DNA from: Octopus sinensis
Lineage: Eukaryota
Assembly: GCF_006345805.1 (NCBI RefSeq)
Contig: NC_042997.1
Coordinates: forward strand, 48,980,001-49,044,000
DNA length: 64,000 bases
Direction of reading: 5' to 3'
The position numbers were made by a program, and so were the translations under genes. The notes under the pieces are model-generated. The model saw nothing but the letters and a program-made list of their open reading frames with translations. It had not been told where the DNA came from and ran no database searches. Below are positions 63,208 to 64,000 of this stretch, in pieces. Position 1 is the first letter of the stretch; each line of letters opens with the position of its first letter.

Positions 63208-63775
63208 CATATGTATGTATGTATGCATGTATGCATGTATGCATGTATGTATGTATGTATGTATGTATGTATGTATTATGTATATATGTATGTTTGAAAG
63301 CTTATGTATAAATATATTTTGAAGAATTGGAATATTCTGCCTGTTCTTGACTAACTTGATATCTTTCTAGCCTTATCTTTTAAGGTCTAAGGAAGATAGC
63401 TCTTTTACTTTCTTCCTTTTTATTTTCATTTTTTACCTTTTTAGTTTTTGTATAATCGTTTTCCGTTTTTCACTTTCTCCGTTTTCTATATGCTGCCTTC
63501 TCAGTTATTTTTCGCGTTTCTTCTATTATTCAATATCTTTAATTCGTTATGACATGTTGTTTACACCTGAAAAATATGTTTAAGTATTTCTCAGCATATG
63601 AAATTTTAGTAGCACTTAAATATATGCATTGTCCCCTTCAAATAAATAATATTTATCTCTCAACAGATGAAGTACTCTTTTTGTTGAATTTTCTATCATG
63701 GAACAGTATATTATATATATATATATATATATTCGTTGTGCAAGATTTTTTATGTGAAGTCGTGTGTTGAAACAG

Positions 63776-63962
63776 ATATTGTTGTATTTAGGAATGGTCA
63801 TTTTGCCAGTTTAGCCAATAAACAGGAGTGTGACTAAAGAACTCTGGCCGAAATAAGATTAAGATTAATGTAAAAAAATAAATAACACTGAAGCAAAGTA
63901 ATACCAAATATATAGTGCGTGTGTTTTTATTGGCTAAAATGGCAAAATGACCATTCCTAAAT

Positions 63963-63972
<10 letters not shown>
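63776..63972. mobile_element. Small element with ~50-bp inverted repeats
   Basis: 63776-63824 is the inverted match of 63922-63972; flanked by (TA)n. Confidence 0.7.

Positions 63973-64000
<28 letters not shown>

Noticed and set aside
295-63801. Numerous YI/IY, HT, II and NN-rich ORFs in the ORF track
   Set aside because: They are translations of (TA)n, (CA)n, (TACA)n and (ATT)n microsatellites.
63826-63870. Hammerhead (CTAAAGA ... GGCC GAAA)
   Set aside because: Stem II has no 5' partner.

Overview
Repeat-dominated, microsatellite-rich eukaryotic DNA, probably Octopus (inferred from the SINE families and repeat style; not verified). No intact host gene is supported. The window holds four APE-RT LINEs of the CR1/L2 group, an R4/Dong-like fragment, a zinc-knuckle ORF1-only LINE relic, a Penelope-like GIY-YIG fragment with inverted terminal repeats, a maT (DD37D-type) transposase relic, Helitrons, MITEs and many tRNA-derived SINEs. 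A ~100-N gap is flanked by a ~1 kb duplication. The main observation is about 17 type I hammerhead-ribozyme (HHR) or HHR-like motifs in about 10 unrelated small non-coding elements, most embedded in (TA)n. They include a 477-bp tandem repeat with one canonical-core HHR per unit in a head-to-head array (25591-27402), two ~400-430 bp monomers with short terminal redundancy as expected from copying a circular RNA (24431-24879, 49788-50239), and a tRNA-headed SINE with a decayed HHR. This resembles a Penelope-dependent retrozyme/circRNA system; activity is untested. Also seen: a covarying 3' hairpin shared by a LINE family and the commonest SINE, and decayed receptor-like pseudogene traces (class A GPCR, Cys-loop). 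All coordinates and folds were read by eye.
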